NCBI GenBank assembly: GCA_044892525.1 | Contig: CM097885.1 | Span: 41,046,001 to 41,110,000 of the forward strand | Source: Schmidtea polychroa | Taxonomy: Eukaryota | Length of the DNA stretch: 64,000 nucleotides | Direction of reading: 5' to 3' | Shown here: positions 23,009-31,906 of the stretch, in pieces | Numbering within the stretch: position 1 is the first letter of the stretch | Layout of the letters: every line of letters begins with the position of its first letter | Made by a program: the position numbers and the translations under genes | Notes under the pieces: model-generated | Seen by the model: the letters and a program-made list of their open reading frames with translations, nothing else | The model's database searches: none | What the model was told of the DNA's origin: nothing

Positions 23009-24418
23009 TTAAAAATCTGTTTTCTGTAGTTCATTATTATAAAATCTACCTAATATTTTTTCATTATTTAAATCAAAGATGGTATATGTTATTGGAGTTG
23101 TATAATGTATTTTATTTATAATAAAAATTTCATTTGTCCATTTTGCTGTGAATCCTTTTTCAAATTTATTTTTATATTTAAATATTCTTACTCGGTCACC
23201 AATTTTAAACTTTGGTTTTTCAATAACATCATTTTCAATATTTACCACTTTAATGGTTTCAGGCTTCATGGAAGCATTTAAAGGTGTTAATTTTATAGAA
23301 CTATGTACATCATTATTATATTCATTTACAATCTTTTGTAACAATTCATTGTTCCATTTTTGTTTTCCAATAGCAGTAAAATATTTCCACATTTTATTTT
23401 TTAATGTTCTATTTAATCTTTCAACTACGACTGCTTTTCCTTCGTTTTCTGTTGAATATAATTTAATATCATTTTCATTTAAAAACTTTGTAAAAACTTT
23501 GTTATAAAATTCTGTTCCTTTATCACACCATAAATATTTTGGAATTCTTTGATTTTCTTCAAATATATTTTCAAATGCTTCTGTAATAGAATATCCTGTT
23601 TTATTTTCTAAACATCTTGCAAAAGCAAATCTTGTATATAAATCTATTACAGTTAAAATTATTTTATATTTTTCAGGGTCTGATGATTTGGGCATAAAGA
23701 CTAAATCTGCAGACCATGTTTGATCTTTTTCATGTACTTGAACTTTTAAATATTTTTTATTTTTTCTAAATTCATGGTGTAATTCCTTTGCATATTTTAT
23801 TTCTGATTCTGTTGGGGTTTGTAAACTAGTCTTGGCTGTACTCTCGAGGGATCTTTCAATCTCTGCTTGTTCGATAATCTTTTTATAAGCAACATCTTTT
23901 GCTTTCCTAGGAAGTCTTGCACCCATGGTGATCGGACTGTGTCCTAAGCCTATGAAAATCTTACCTTTCATTGCTAATTTAACTAGAGCTCTTTGAATCT
24001 TTTCTTGGGTTGATGGATTTTGGATACTATTTAAATCATGTATTAAATTCACATCTGCAACATGTCTATCTCTAAGATTTGTTGAATTGTATGCAATGTC
24101 ATGTTTTAAAGCTGCTTGATCAATTCTATTTATTGGTTCTTCTCCTTGTTTGGGATTATTATTTTCATCTAATCTAATATCTAGACGTGTTCCTGGTCCA
24201 GTATAGTTGTGTTTAAATAAATGTCTTTCACCTGGATATTTTTCTGTAGTAAAAGGTTTTAATATTGAAGATGTTGTTTTTGAAGATTGCAAATCGCCTC
24301 CAGCTCGTGGAATTAGATCACCTCCTGTATATTTTTTAGTTTTTAAATGACTTGCTTTATGATGTCTTGTAACTTGACAATTACAACTTTCACATCTCCA
24401 ATATTTATTTAGAGACAT
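23009..24418 (-). CDS. Zinc finger - parvovirus-type phospholipase A2 - retroviral-like integrase fusion, 469 aa
   Basis: CESC...HLKTKKY finger; HNYTGPG...PINRIDQAALKHDIAY...AD (PLA2 Ca loop and HD dyad); DDE triad in WSADL / WCDKGTEF / VVERLNRTLK; SH3-like C-terminus FKIGDRVRI...FYNNELQK. One uninterrupted frame. Confidence 0.93.
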   Translation of the reverse strand: MSLNKYWRCESCNCQVTRHHKASHLKTKKYTGGDLIPRAGGDLQSSKTTSSILKPFTTEKYPGERHLFKHNYTGPGTRLDIRLDENNNPKQGEEPINRIDQAALKHDIAYNSTNLRDRHVADVNLIHDLNSIQNPSTQEKIQRALVKLAMKGKIFIGLGHSPITMGARLPRKAKDVAYKKIIEQAEIERSLESTAKTSLQTPTESEIKYAKELHHEFRKNKKYLKVQVHEKDQTWSADLVFMPKSSDPEKYKIILTVIDLYTRFAFARCLENKTGYSITEAFENIFEENQRIPKYLWCDKGTEFYNKVFTKFLNENDIKLYSTENEGKAVVVERLNRTLKNKMWKYFTAIGKQKWNNELLQKIVNEYNNDVHSSIKLTPLNASMKPETIKVVNIENDVIEKPKFKIGDRVRIFKYKNKFEKGFTAKWTNEIFIINKIHYTTPITYTIFDLNNEKILGRFYNNELQKTDF

Positions 24419-24447
24419 TTTAAAATGTTAAAATATCAGGGATTATA

Positions 24448-25740
24448 TCAAGAATCTCCCCTAACATTTTCGATTATTGAAATCTTTCCACCATATAATT
24501 TCATTTCTATTTTCTTTTCTTCTAATATTAATGTATATACTTTAGCTTTAAAATTAGAATCCTTTGTTACATGAAGTGTAACATCAACATTATTTATGGC
24601 TAGGCGATCATCTTGGTCTGAAACATTTATACAAAATATAGAATATAAATTTTTGAAATCTTCTAAACTTAATTGCGGTTCAACTTTGAAATCATAACAT
24701 GTTTCAATATAATTTAGATATGTGAATATGTTTTCATTATTTTCAATATTAAATTCCATTCTATTTATTGGATAATAAGAACTATTTAATTGAATTTGGA
24801 TTGTTTTTAAATTATCAACTCCAATCTTTTGAATAAACAAGTTGTTATTTTTTTGGAAAGATGAATCTACTTCTTTGAATCCAATCAAGATATATCTTGG
24901 TCGGTATGCTAAATTTGCTACCTTTATAGAATATGTTGAACCCTCTGTCATACTAAATTCACTACAGATTCTATTTAAATAATTTACATTTATAGACTTG
25001 TTGGAATTTAATCTTTCAAGGAGTTTAATCTCAGAATGTGGGTTTAATGTCCATTCAGGTATATGTAATTCAAGTGTTGATAATTTTAATTTAGCTTTTG
25101 TATCTACAGCTCCATAGAACAATCTTTTATCACCTTCTACTCTATTACAGATGAATTCTATAAAAACATTATGAAGTATACGATTATAGTTTTGAAGGAA
25201 TCCAAACAAGTGTTTTAATTCAAAATAACCTTCAAATTTTTTAGATTTATAAAGTTCAGCTCTTTTATGGTAACCATGGTTTACATCTAAACCATCTTTA
25301 TCTAAATCCCCTTTATTAACATCAGGAATCCAACCTGTTAATTCACCATATTCGTTTTTATAATCACAACCAGTCAAAATAAAATTTAACATTGTAGAAT
25401 ATACTCCCGGATGCAAAACAGTTTCAATTTCTGATGATCCTAGTTTTAATCTCATGTTGGAGAATAAATTTGGAAAGAAATTATTTTCTAGGGTTATATC
25501 TTTGTTTGCTTCAATTTCTAATTCGATTTTATAATATAATTTGGCATTACAAATATCTATAGGGTTTGATGTTTGAAGAGATTGAAAAACTATATCACCC
25601 CTACAATTTAAGTTTGCAATAGATCCTGAAGTTGGAGAGATTTTTAAAATATCATTTTTTTTAATTTCATGAGTAAATTCTTTATTATAATCAAGATTTA
25701 ATTTATTTTTTTCTTGAATTTTAAGATTTATATTATTCAT
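24448..25740 (-). CDS. Major capsid protein (double jelly roll), 430 aa
   Basis: Size, position and motifs NNFFPNLFS.MRLKL...EIE, RPRYILIGF, QLNSSYYP and F..LYSIFCINVS.Q are typical of Polinton MCP. Frame intact. Confidence 0.88.
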   Translation of the reverse strand: MNNINLKIQEKNKLNLDYNKEFTHEIKKNDILKISPTSGSIANLNCRGDIVFQSLQTSNPIDICNAKLYYKIELEIEANKDITLENNFFPNLFSNMRLKLGSSEIETVLHPGVYSTMLNFILTGCDYKNEYGELTGWIPDVNKGDLDKDGLDVNHGYHKRAELYKSKKFEGYFELKHLFGFLQNYNRILHNVFIEFICNRVEGDKRLFYGAVDTKAKLKLSTLELHIPEWTLNPHSEIKLLERLNSNKSINVNYLNRICSEFSMTEGSTYSIKVANLAYRPRYILIGFKEVDSSFQKNNNLFIQKIGVDNLKTIQIQLNSSYYPINRMEFNIENNENIFTYLNYIETCYDFKVEPQLSLEDFKNLYSIFCINVSDQDDRLAINNVDVTLHVTKDSNFKAKVYTLILEEKKIEMKLYGGKISIIENVRGDS

Positions 25741-25796
25741 TTTTATATATTAAAATTTACACACACAAAATAGGATTAATTAAATATATTATGTAA

Positions 25797-25878
25797 GCCA
25801 TTATAGCGGAGTGGGAATAGGCTTCAATTTTATCACCGGGAGTACCGGGTTCAATTTTCGATTTTGGTCAATTTTTTT
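25797..25878 (+). ncRNA. tRNA-like Pol III unit 1 inside the Polinton
   Basis: A box TAGCGGAGTGG (25804-25814), degenerate B box GGTTCAATTTT (25848-25858), partial acceptor pairing GCCA/TGGT, T7 run at 25872-25878. Confidence 0.6.
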
Positions 25879-26030
25879 CGATATTTTCTTTTCAACGGAA
25901 TCTGATTCAGCGTACTGATTTTAGTATATATTTAAATTTTCAGATGGATCTGAGTGGTAGTTGTCGAGAAAATGAATAATTAATTATTAATTTCATCAAT
26001 AAATAGTCACACATTAACAACTTATTTTAT

Positions 26031-26112
26031 ATTGAGTATAGCTTAGTGGTAATAGCACTCGACTGCATTGCCAATACCAATGGGTTCAAATCTCATTTCG
26101 GTCATTTTTTTT
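26031..26112 (+). ncRNA. tRNA-Cys-like Pol III unit 2 inside the Polinton
   Basis: GAGTATAGCTTAGTGGTAATAGCACTCGACTGCA resembles the 5' half of eukaryotic tRNA-Cys(GCA). Fully paired T arm ATGGG-TTCAAAT-CTCAT. The 3' strand of the anticodon stem is not complementary. T8 run at 26105-26112. Confidence 0.75.
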
Positions 26113-26273
26113 CAAATTTTTTTTAACGAAATATTGATCAGCATACTCGATTTAGTACTTGTACAAATTTTTAAGGAGATTGGTCAACGGCAACTCTTGG
26201 AAATTTAAGATCAAAAACGTTTTAACTTAAGCTACCAAAAATTAATATATCCAATAAAAAAATATTTATAAAA

Positions 26274-26570
26274 ATGGATGAGTTAAAAGAAAGAATGAGA
26301 AATGAATTGAATGAAGTTAAACATAAGAGAATGAAAAGAAGAGAAGAAGAACCATTAGAATACATCAAAGAGTTGATGGTAGATAATGAAAAGTATCGAC
26401 ATTTTTATATGAAGGCTGTAGATGTTGCTGATATAAGATTGAAGAAAATGAAACAATTACAGGAAAGAGTTAAAGAACTTGAATCGATTATTTATAGTCT
26501 AAAAAATGACAAAATTTCAAACCTTGATGGCGCAGTGGGAATAGACTGGCACAGTGGTTCAAATGGATAG
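26274..26570 (+). CDS. Hypothetical coiled-coil protein, 98 aa
   Basis: tataaaaATG start context like the other Polinton genes; charged helical sequence; 3' end overlaps tRNA-like unit 3. Confidence 0.6.
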   Translation: MDELKERMRNELNEVKHKRMKRREEEPLEYIKELMVDNEKYRHFYMKAVDVADIRLKKMKQLQERVKELESIIYSLKNDKISNLDGAVGIDWHSGSNG

Positions 26571-26603
26571 TGGTTCAAATCACATCTGAGGTTAGTTTTT
26601 TTT
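26520..26603 (+). ncRNA. tRNA-like Pol III unit 3 inside the Polinton
   Basis: A box TGGCGCAGTGG (26528-26538), duplicated B-box-like GGTTCAAAT (26556, 26572), terminal stem AACCTT/GAGGTT, T8 run at 26596-26603. Confidence 0.7.
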
Positions 26604-26764
26604 CAACATAAAATAATATTAAAAATTTGAAAATAATATTGAAAATAGTGTGGGTATCTTATATTTATAAAGTACTTGTATATTTTATTTTATTTATTTT
26701 ATTTTATTTTATTTTTTTATTAATTAATTATTTTTTAAACATAAATATGAAAAAAAAAATATTG

Positions 26765-27140
26765 AAACGGGTGATGGTGGCGAACCGGTAATTATCGCCA
26801 CCTGTCTTTCGAACACCCCCGGATCGATTCCGGTAATGTGCACATTTATTTCTCAGTTGTTTTCGGACCTCTTTCGGATTCGCTTTCGAATTCATTTGTA
26901 CTTTCGAGCAGCACACTTAAAACGCCGATGAAATCGTATTCGAGCGAGAAGCGAATAATAAGGTGTGCTGCTATTATCGAATTGATTCTGATGTATGAGT
27001 CTGGCCAGCTTGTATATTGGAAGAGATTTGATAAACGAAAGAGGTTGAATAAAAAAAAAATAGATCCGGATCAAAAAATAAACTGTTGAGAGGACAGTGA
27101 AAAAAAAAAAAAAAACCACTGTCCTCTCAGAGCAGTTTTA
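26765..27140. other. GC-enriched non-coding block of nested inverted repeats (candidate structured RNA or cis element)
   Basis: Perfect stems at 26776-83/26795-802 (8 bp), 26867-76/27036-45 (10 bp), 26907-16/26963-72 (10 bp) and 27087-99/27117-29 (13 bp), plus short palindromes. Confidence 0.7.
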
Positions 27141-27185
27141 CTATTTCATAAAATTTTTTATTTTTAAAACTTTCAAAACCTTAAG

Positions 27186-27518
27186 GTGATCAGGCGACCT
27201 AGATCATTATGAATTAGGTAATCTGATATTCTTATAACATTAAATCCTTATAACATTAAATCCTTAAGACCAAGTAGTGAGGAATCTATGCACCCGTTAC
27301 CTTTTCTCGGAATTACTAATCTATAAATACATCTATTCCGAACTTTTTTACTTTTAAGGGAAGAAATTAAGGGTTAATGGCAATAGGGGACAAAGTTTAA
27401 AAGTTAAAAAAAGTGAAGAATATGGGGTAAAAAAGCATATAAATGTGGAAAATATGGGTCAATAGCGCTGTTTTTTTTTTAGGGTGGGGGTGCTGGGGTG
27501 CATAGATTCCTCACTACT
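27186..27518 (-). repeat. Polinton right TIR (333 bp)
   Basis: Reverse complement of 12277-12611. Confidence 0.97.
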
Positions 27519-30500
27519 GACGCCTGATGCATTATAATTTGACACGATTCAATAAATAAAGGAAAAAATAAACCTTGCTTTTCTTCTATTTAAACAAATT
27601 AAATACTAAATTTTCATTTTGAAAACTCATTCCAGATACCATTTAAATGAAATAAAAATCTTATTGAAAATATTTATTTAATAAGAAACGACTGGAATTG
27701 TTTTGACTGTTGAATATTTAATTATTTTTAATTCAAGACTTCTAGCTAACTTTTTTGTTTTAAACAAAATATAAAGATCGATGAATTTAAACTAATTTAA
27801 ATTCATTAAATAATTTTTATCATTATCAAAATAATTTTATATTAGTGTTTGGGTAATTTGCCTTTCGGGAAAATAATTGTCACATTACTTTTAATTAATT
27901 GTTGTTTTTAAATACACTGCCAAATCTCAAAAAAATGCCATAAAAATAAATTTACCAAGATTTATTTTAACAATCTTGTGAAAATGCTGTTTTATTGCCA
28001 TATTAATTATGGCTCCTGGAGCGACCGTCCTCTTCTGGCCTTTAACCACTCGCCAAAAACTTTACCACTGTGGATTTGTAAAACTATGAATAATTTTGAA
28101 TGATTGGGTAAATTTTGAGAGTGAAATTAAAAGCATGGAAAACAAATTATCAAACAATAGAAAACTAAATGAAAGACAATTTTAAAACTGTAATAGGTCG
28201 TTAGTATCATATAATTAAATAAATGAGAATTAAATATTAAAAGTGTATGTATAATATTTCTATATTTATTTTCTATATTTTTCTATATAAATATATATGA
28301 CATTTCTCCTTTTATACACAACATTTAATTTGCAAATTTAATCTATCATTCCTTTTTTAAAAATGTTACATTTTCATTTAAAATTCATTATTCCACTCTT
28401 TTTGAAATGCATTTTTTTCTCATTGTTTTTCTCTTTTTATAATTTTGTTTTAATTAAGTGAACGGATTTATTTTTTGTCGTCTTCACAATCCAGATATAT
28501 AATTTTTAATGAAACTTTCCGAAAAATTCATGTTTTAAAAAAATTCACTATTGAATTGTCTTTTTCATATCTTAAGCTCTTAGTAAATTTTCATCTACAT
28601 TTGATCTTTCTTTAAATTCCTTTCGTTTTAATTTTAACTTTTTCTTCCTCTAATCAAATATGCTTCAGTAAAGATATTTTTTCATGTTCATTCATATTTT
28701 TATTATCTAAAAAATAATATAATCTTACTAAAAAAAAAATCTCTTTTCATGAATTTTTTAAAGATTTTCTATGGAATACAATTTTAACAATGAAATAGCA
28801 TTACATCCATAATTTTCTCTCATTGATTAATTGAAAAACTAAATTAATAAAATCTTTTTAAATAATGCTGAAAAATTAAAAATATTCTAATTAACCGAAT
28901 AAAAAAACCAATGAACGAACTCATTTTATGGAATTTGTCTAATAGTAGTCTGATTTAATTTAGGGAAATAACGGAACGATGATTATTTCTGACTTTAAAT
29001 CGAACTATTTTTTTGTTTTAACTGACAAAATTTCATGGAATGAAATTAGCTTAATTCAATTTTTATTTAACTTGATGAAATTTGCTATAGCTGTTAACTT
29101 GCGTAGTTTAAAAAAAAGGAAAAAAATATATTATTTCAGTTTTCATCATCGACGAAAGAAATTGCCAATTTTTTCATAATTTGGCAATTTATGAAGCGTG
29201 AACGAATTGTTTTAAATTTTGGTGGGCAAATATTCAGAATTTGCCATAAGCATTTACAAAGAAAATAACAGAGATTAATAAATAAATTTACCGAATAACC
29301 AATCAAATTGCATTATTAAAAAAAGTAATTTTTTGAGAAAAAATTCAGGTTTTTTTTAAATAAAAAATCTTTAAAATTACTGAGATTTAAAACTTTTAAC
29401 GTATTGCCTAAAATGTTTAATTTATTATTTCTCCATAAATTAGAGAAATATTAAATTATTATATGGAAGAATTTTCACATTTCAAATGGTAAAAAATGAT
29501 TGCAAATATTATATATTAAAAAGTAAAGAGATCAAATCCACCTGTTAAAAATTTGACAAAAGCTTTTGTTTAAATGAAGAGATACTAAACAAATATTTGT
29601 ATTAATATCCATTCTATCCATTCAATTTCTTTAATTTATAGTTTGTATTTTATAATTTTAATTTTTTTTCTTATATTTTTGTATCCAGAAAAATATTTAA
29701 AAAACGTCAAAATAATTTTAAAATAATTTTAAAAATAATAATAATGTAAATGTTTAAAATTAGATTTGAATAATAATTTAAAATTAAAGAAAATTTAATG
29801 TTAAATCTGAAGATATATTTTTTTTATTTTTTCTAAACAATCCTTTAGAAGAAAGAAGTACTATTTGCTACAGTTCTTTACGCATTTATTGTGTCGATAA
29901 TAAAAAGTCAAATAATAATTAAATTTTATTAATTCAAATAATTCTTTCAATGTAGTAATGCATATATATAGAGTTTGACAAAGTGCTTAAAACAACAATA
30001 TACAGTGACACAATCAATATTTAATTAGTAATAATATTTATTTAATTAATTAACTATTGGATATTCCAGAATTATTTTTAATAGTAAAGTGAACAGGATT
30101 ATCTATAGTAAAAGATTGGATGATAATATTTATTTACTATTTGTAATTATATGAAAAGAGAAATTATTACAAATATATTAATAAACTTTACACCCAAGCA
30201 CGAATGGAATAATTAGACCGGTCAATGACTTCGATTTAAATAAAGCTGATTGGTTAATTTTTTACAAACTTTAATTATTTTTGAATATTTTCGGATAAAA
30301 TAAAATTCGAAATTTCACAATCAAAAGACCTTCAGCAGTCAAATCTAAATACATTATTCTTAAATTAATATAATCACTAATTAAAACAACATGGTCAGAA
30401 CTTGCTCATTCGTCAATAATTTTTAAATTTTTCAAAGAAAGATTATAATCGAAGCAAATTAATAAATGTGTAAATTTACCATTTTAAAATGGTATTAAAT

Positions 30501-30845
30501 AAAATTGTCAATCAATATAATACAAGTGATTATTATAGATTATTTATTATTAACAATTAACTAATTAATTATAATCAAACAATAATTGAATTAGTCAGAA
30601 TGTCTTGAATTTTGAATATTTATTGCAGTCTTTCAAAGGTTTTTCGATCTTGATAATTTTACTAAAATGTAACAAAATAAAACATTTTCTACATAAAATA
30701 TTTCCAAAGTAAATAAAACATAAAATAACCAAAACTGACCGAATTAAAGATTATTAGTTATAAGTTATATATTTTTTTCTTCTTATTTATTCTAAATTAA
30801 AATTTATTCACCAGAAAATTATGTATAAAATTCTATTGCATTTAG

Positions 30846-31110
30846 ATTTATAAGCATCCTATCAACAATACTGGAATGCGTGACATTTCACTTGAATACA
30901 CTCTATCAAGCCGAAACTCGAAGAAAATCGTCCTCATCGTACGGGCCTTCTCCTGCGGCAGTTTGCTCAAATTTCTTGCTTTGGCCCGAACTGTGGAACA
31001 TGACAAGCGAGCTAGCAACTCTTTCAATCGGTCTAATTAAAATCGCAGTTTCCTCAGTCAACTTGAAAGAAATTGATATCTCAGAGAATCATTGTCAGTG
31101 CAGTATCAAT
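30846..31110 (+). CDS. Host HECT E3 ligase exon
   Basis: tttag acceptor in phase 2; GC-richer open frame FISILSTILECVTFHLNTLYQAE...QCSIN; phase-0 donor at 31111 (or 31117). Confidence 0.7.
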
Positions 31111-31312
31111 GTAGAAGTTAAATAGATTATTATATTATAAATTAATCATTCATTCATTCAATTATATGTTTGCGTGTTACGTGTGATCTTTTTTCCGCAA
31201 AAAATTATTTTCATTCTTTTTGATCATACATTTACAATGAAATAATTTAATAATGATAAATTTCGGGCAAGTTTAATTTTGGCAATAAATTTTAGTCTCT
31301 TCAATAATCGCA

Positions 31313-31332
31313 ATAATGTAAATAATAATTTA

Positions 31333-31387
<55 letters not shown>

Positions 31388-31401
31388 CAAATAATAATTT
31401 A

Positions 31402-31441
<40 letters not shown>

Positions 31442-31455
31442 CAAATAATAATTTA

Positions 31456-31509
<54 letters not shown>
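31313..31509. repeat. (AAT)n microsatellite with higher-order duplication
   Basis: Direct reading; the unit g(c/t)aaataataatttaaat(aat)n occurs three times. Confidence 0.95.
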
Positions 31510-31686
31510 CATTCAATTTTGTAATAAATGAAATTTTTCATATTTTCCAGAATTGTTTGAATTTTGTTAACAAATATTATTTCTTCCAAATATGTAAATT
31601 ATTAAAATAAATTATTTAACATGTATTATATTTTATTTTAATTTATTTATATATTGATTAAGTTTTTTCGTTAATTTATTCTCCAG

Positions 31687-31906
31687 ACAAAATCAGCTTC
31701 TCATCAAGAAACGATCATTAAGGAAATTCAAAGTATTCTTCGTCTGTTGAGGATATTTTACGTACACATTGACAAACTCAATACTGATTACTGTTCCATT
31801 GATGAGATTCTAATGGATTTCGATTTCGAAAACTTAAGAAAACTTTTCTCTAAAGAACAAATTGAATCTGTCTTTGATGAAACTGAGTTAAATACAATTT
31901 TAAAAA
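31687..31906 (+). CDS. Host HECT E3 ligase exon
   Basis: ctccag acceptor, 73 open codons TKSASHQETIIKEIQSILRLLRIFYVH...NTILK, gtaat donor in phase 1 matching 34739. Confidence 0.75.

Larger units (their letters stand above)
12277..27518. mobile_element. Full-length Polinton/Maverick (adintovirus-like endogenous virus), 15,242 bp
   Basis: Begins AGTAGT (12277) and ends ACTACT (27518). Perfect 6-bp TSD GACGCC (12271-12276, 27519-27524). Long TIRs. Carries pPolB, rve integrase, A32-like ATPase, adenain protease, and major and minor capsid genes. Lies in host intron 11944-30845. Confidence 0.98.

Noticed and set aside
14439..23507. Small overlapping or antisense ORFs within Polinton genes (e.g. 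14439-14666, 19038-19358, 20606-20911, 23148-23507)
   Set aside because: Shadows of the well-supported genes.
26031..26104. Functional tRNA-Cys gene
   Set aside because: The anticodon stem cannot pair and the acceptor stem is irregular, so it is called tRNA-like only.
26907..26973. Hammerhead ribozyme or miR-15/16-like miRNA (TAGCAGCACA on the minus strand) in the structured block
   Set aside because: CCGATGA is not followed by a correctly placed GAAA core. The 10-nt miR-15 resemblance sits in a branched structure and may be chance, so only the structure is reported.
26728..27119. Three short ORFs (62-83 aa) near the right TIR
   Set aside because: Non-ATG or weak starts and composition unlike the element's genes; better explained by the GC-rich structured block.
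31279..31524. Poly-N / poly-Y ORFs (also 54659-54946, 59358-59564, 60715-61101)
   Set aside because: Stop-free frames of (AAT)n repeats.
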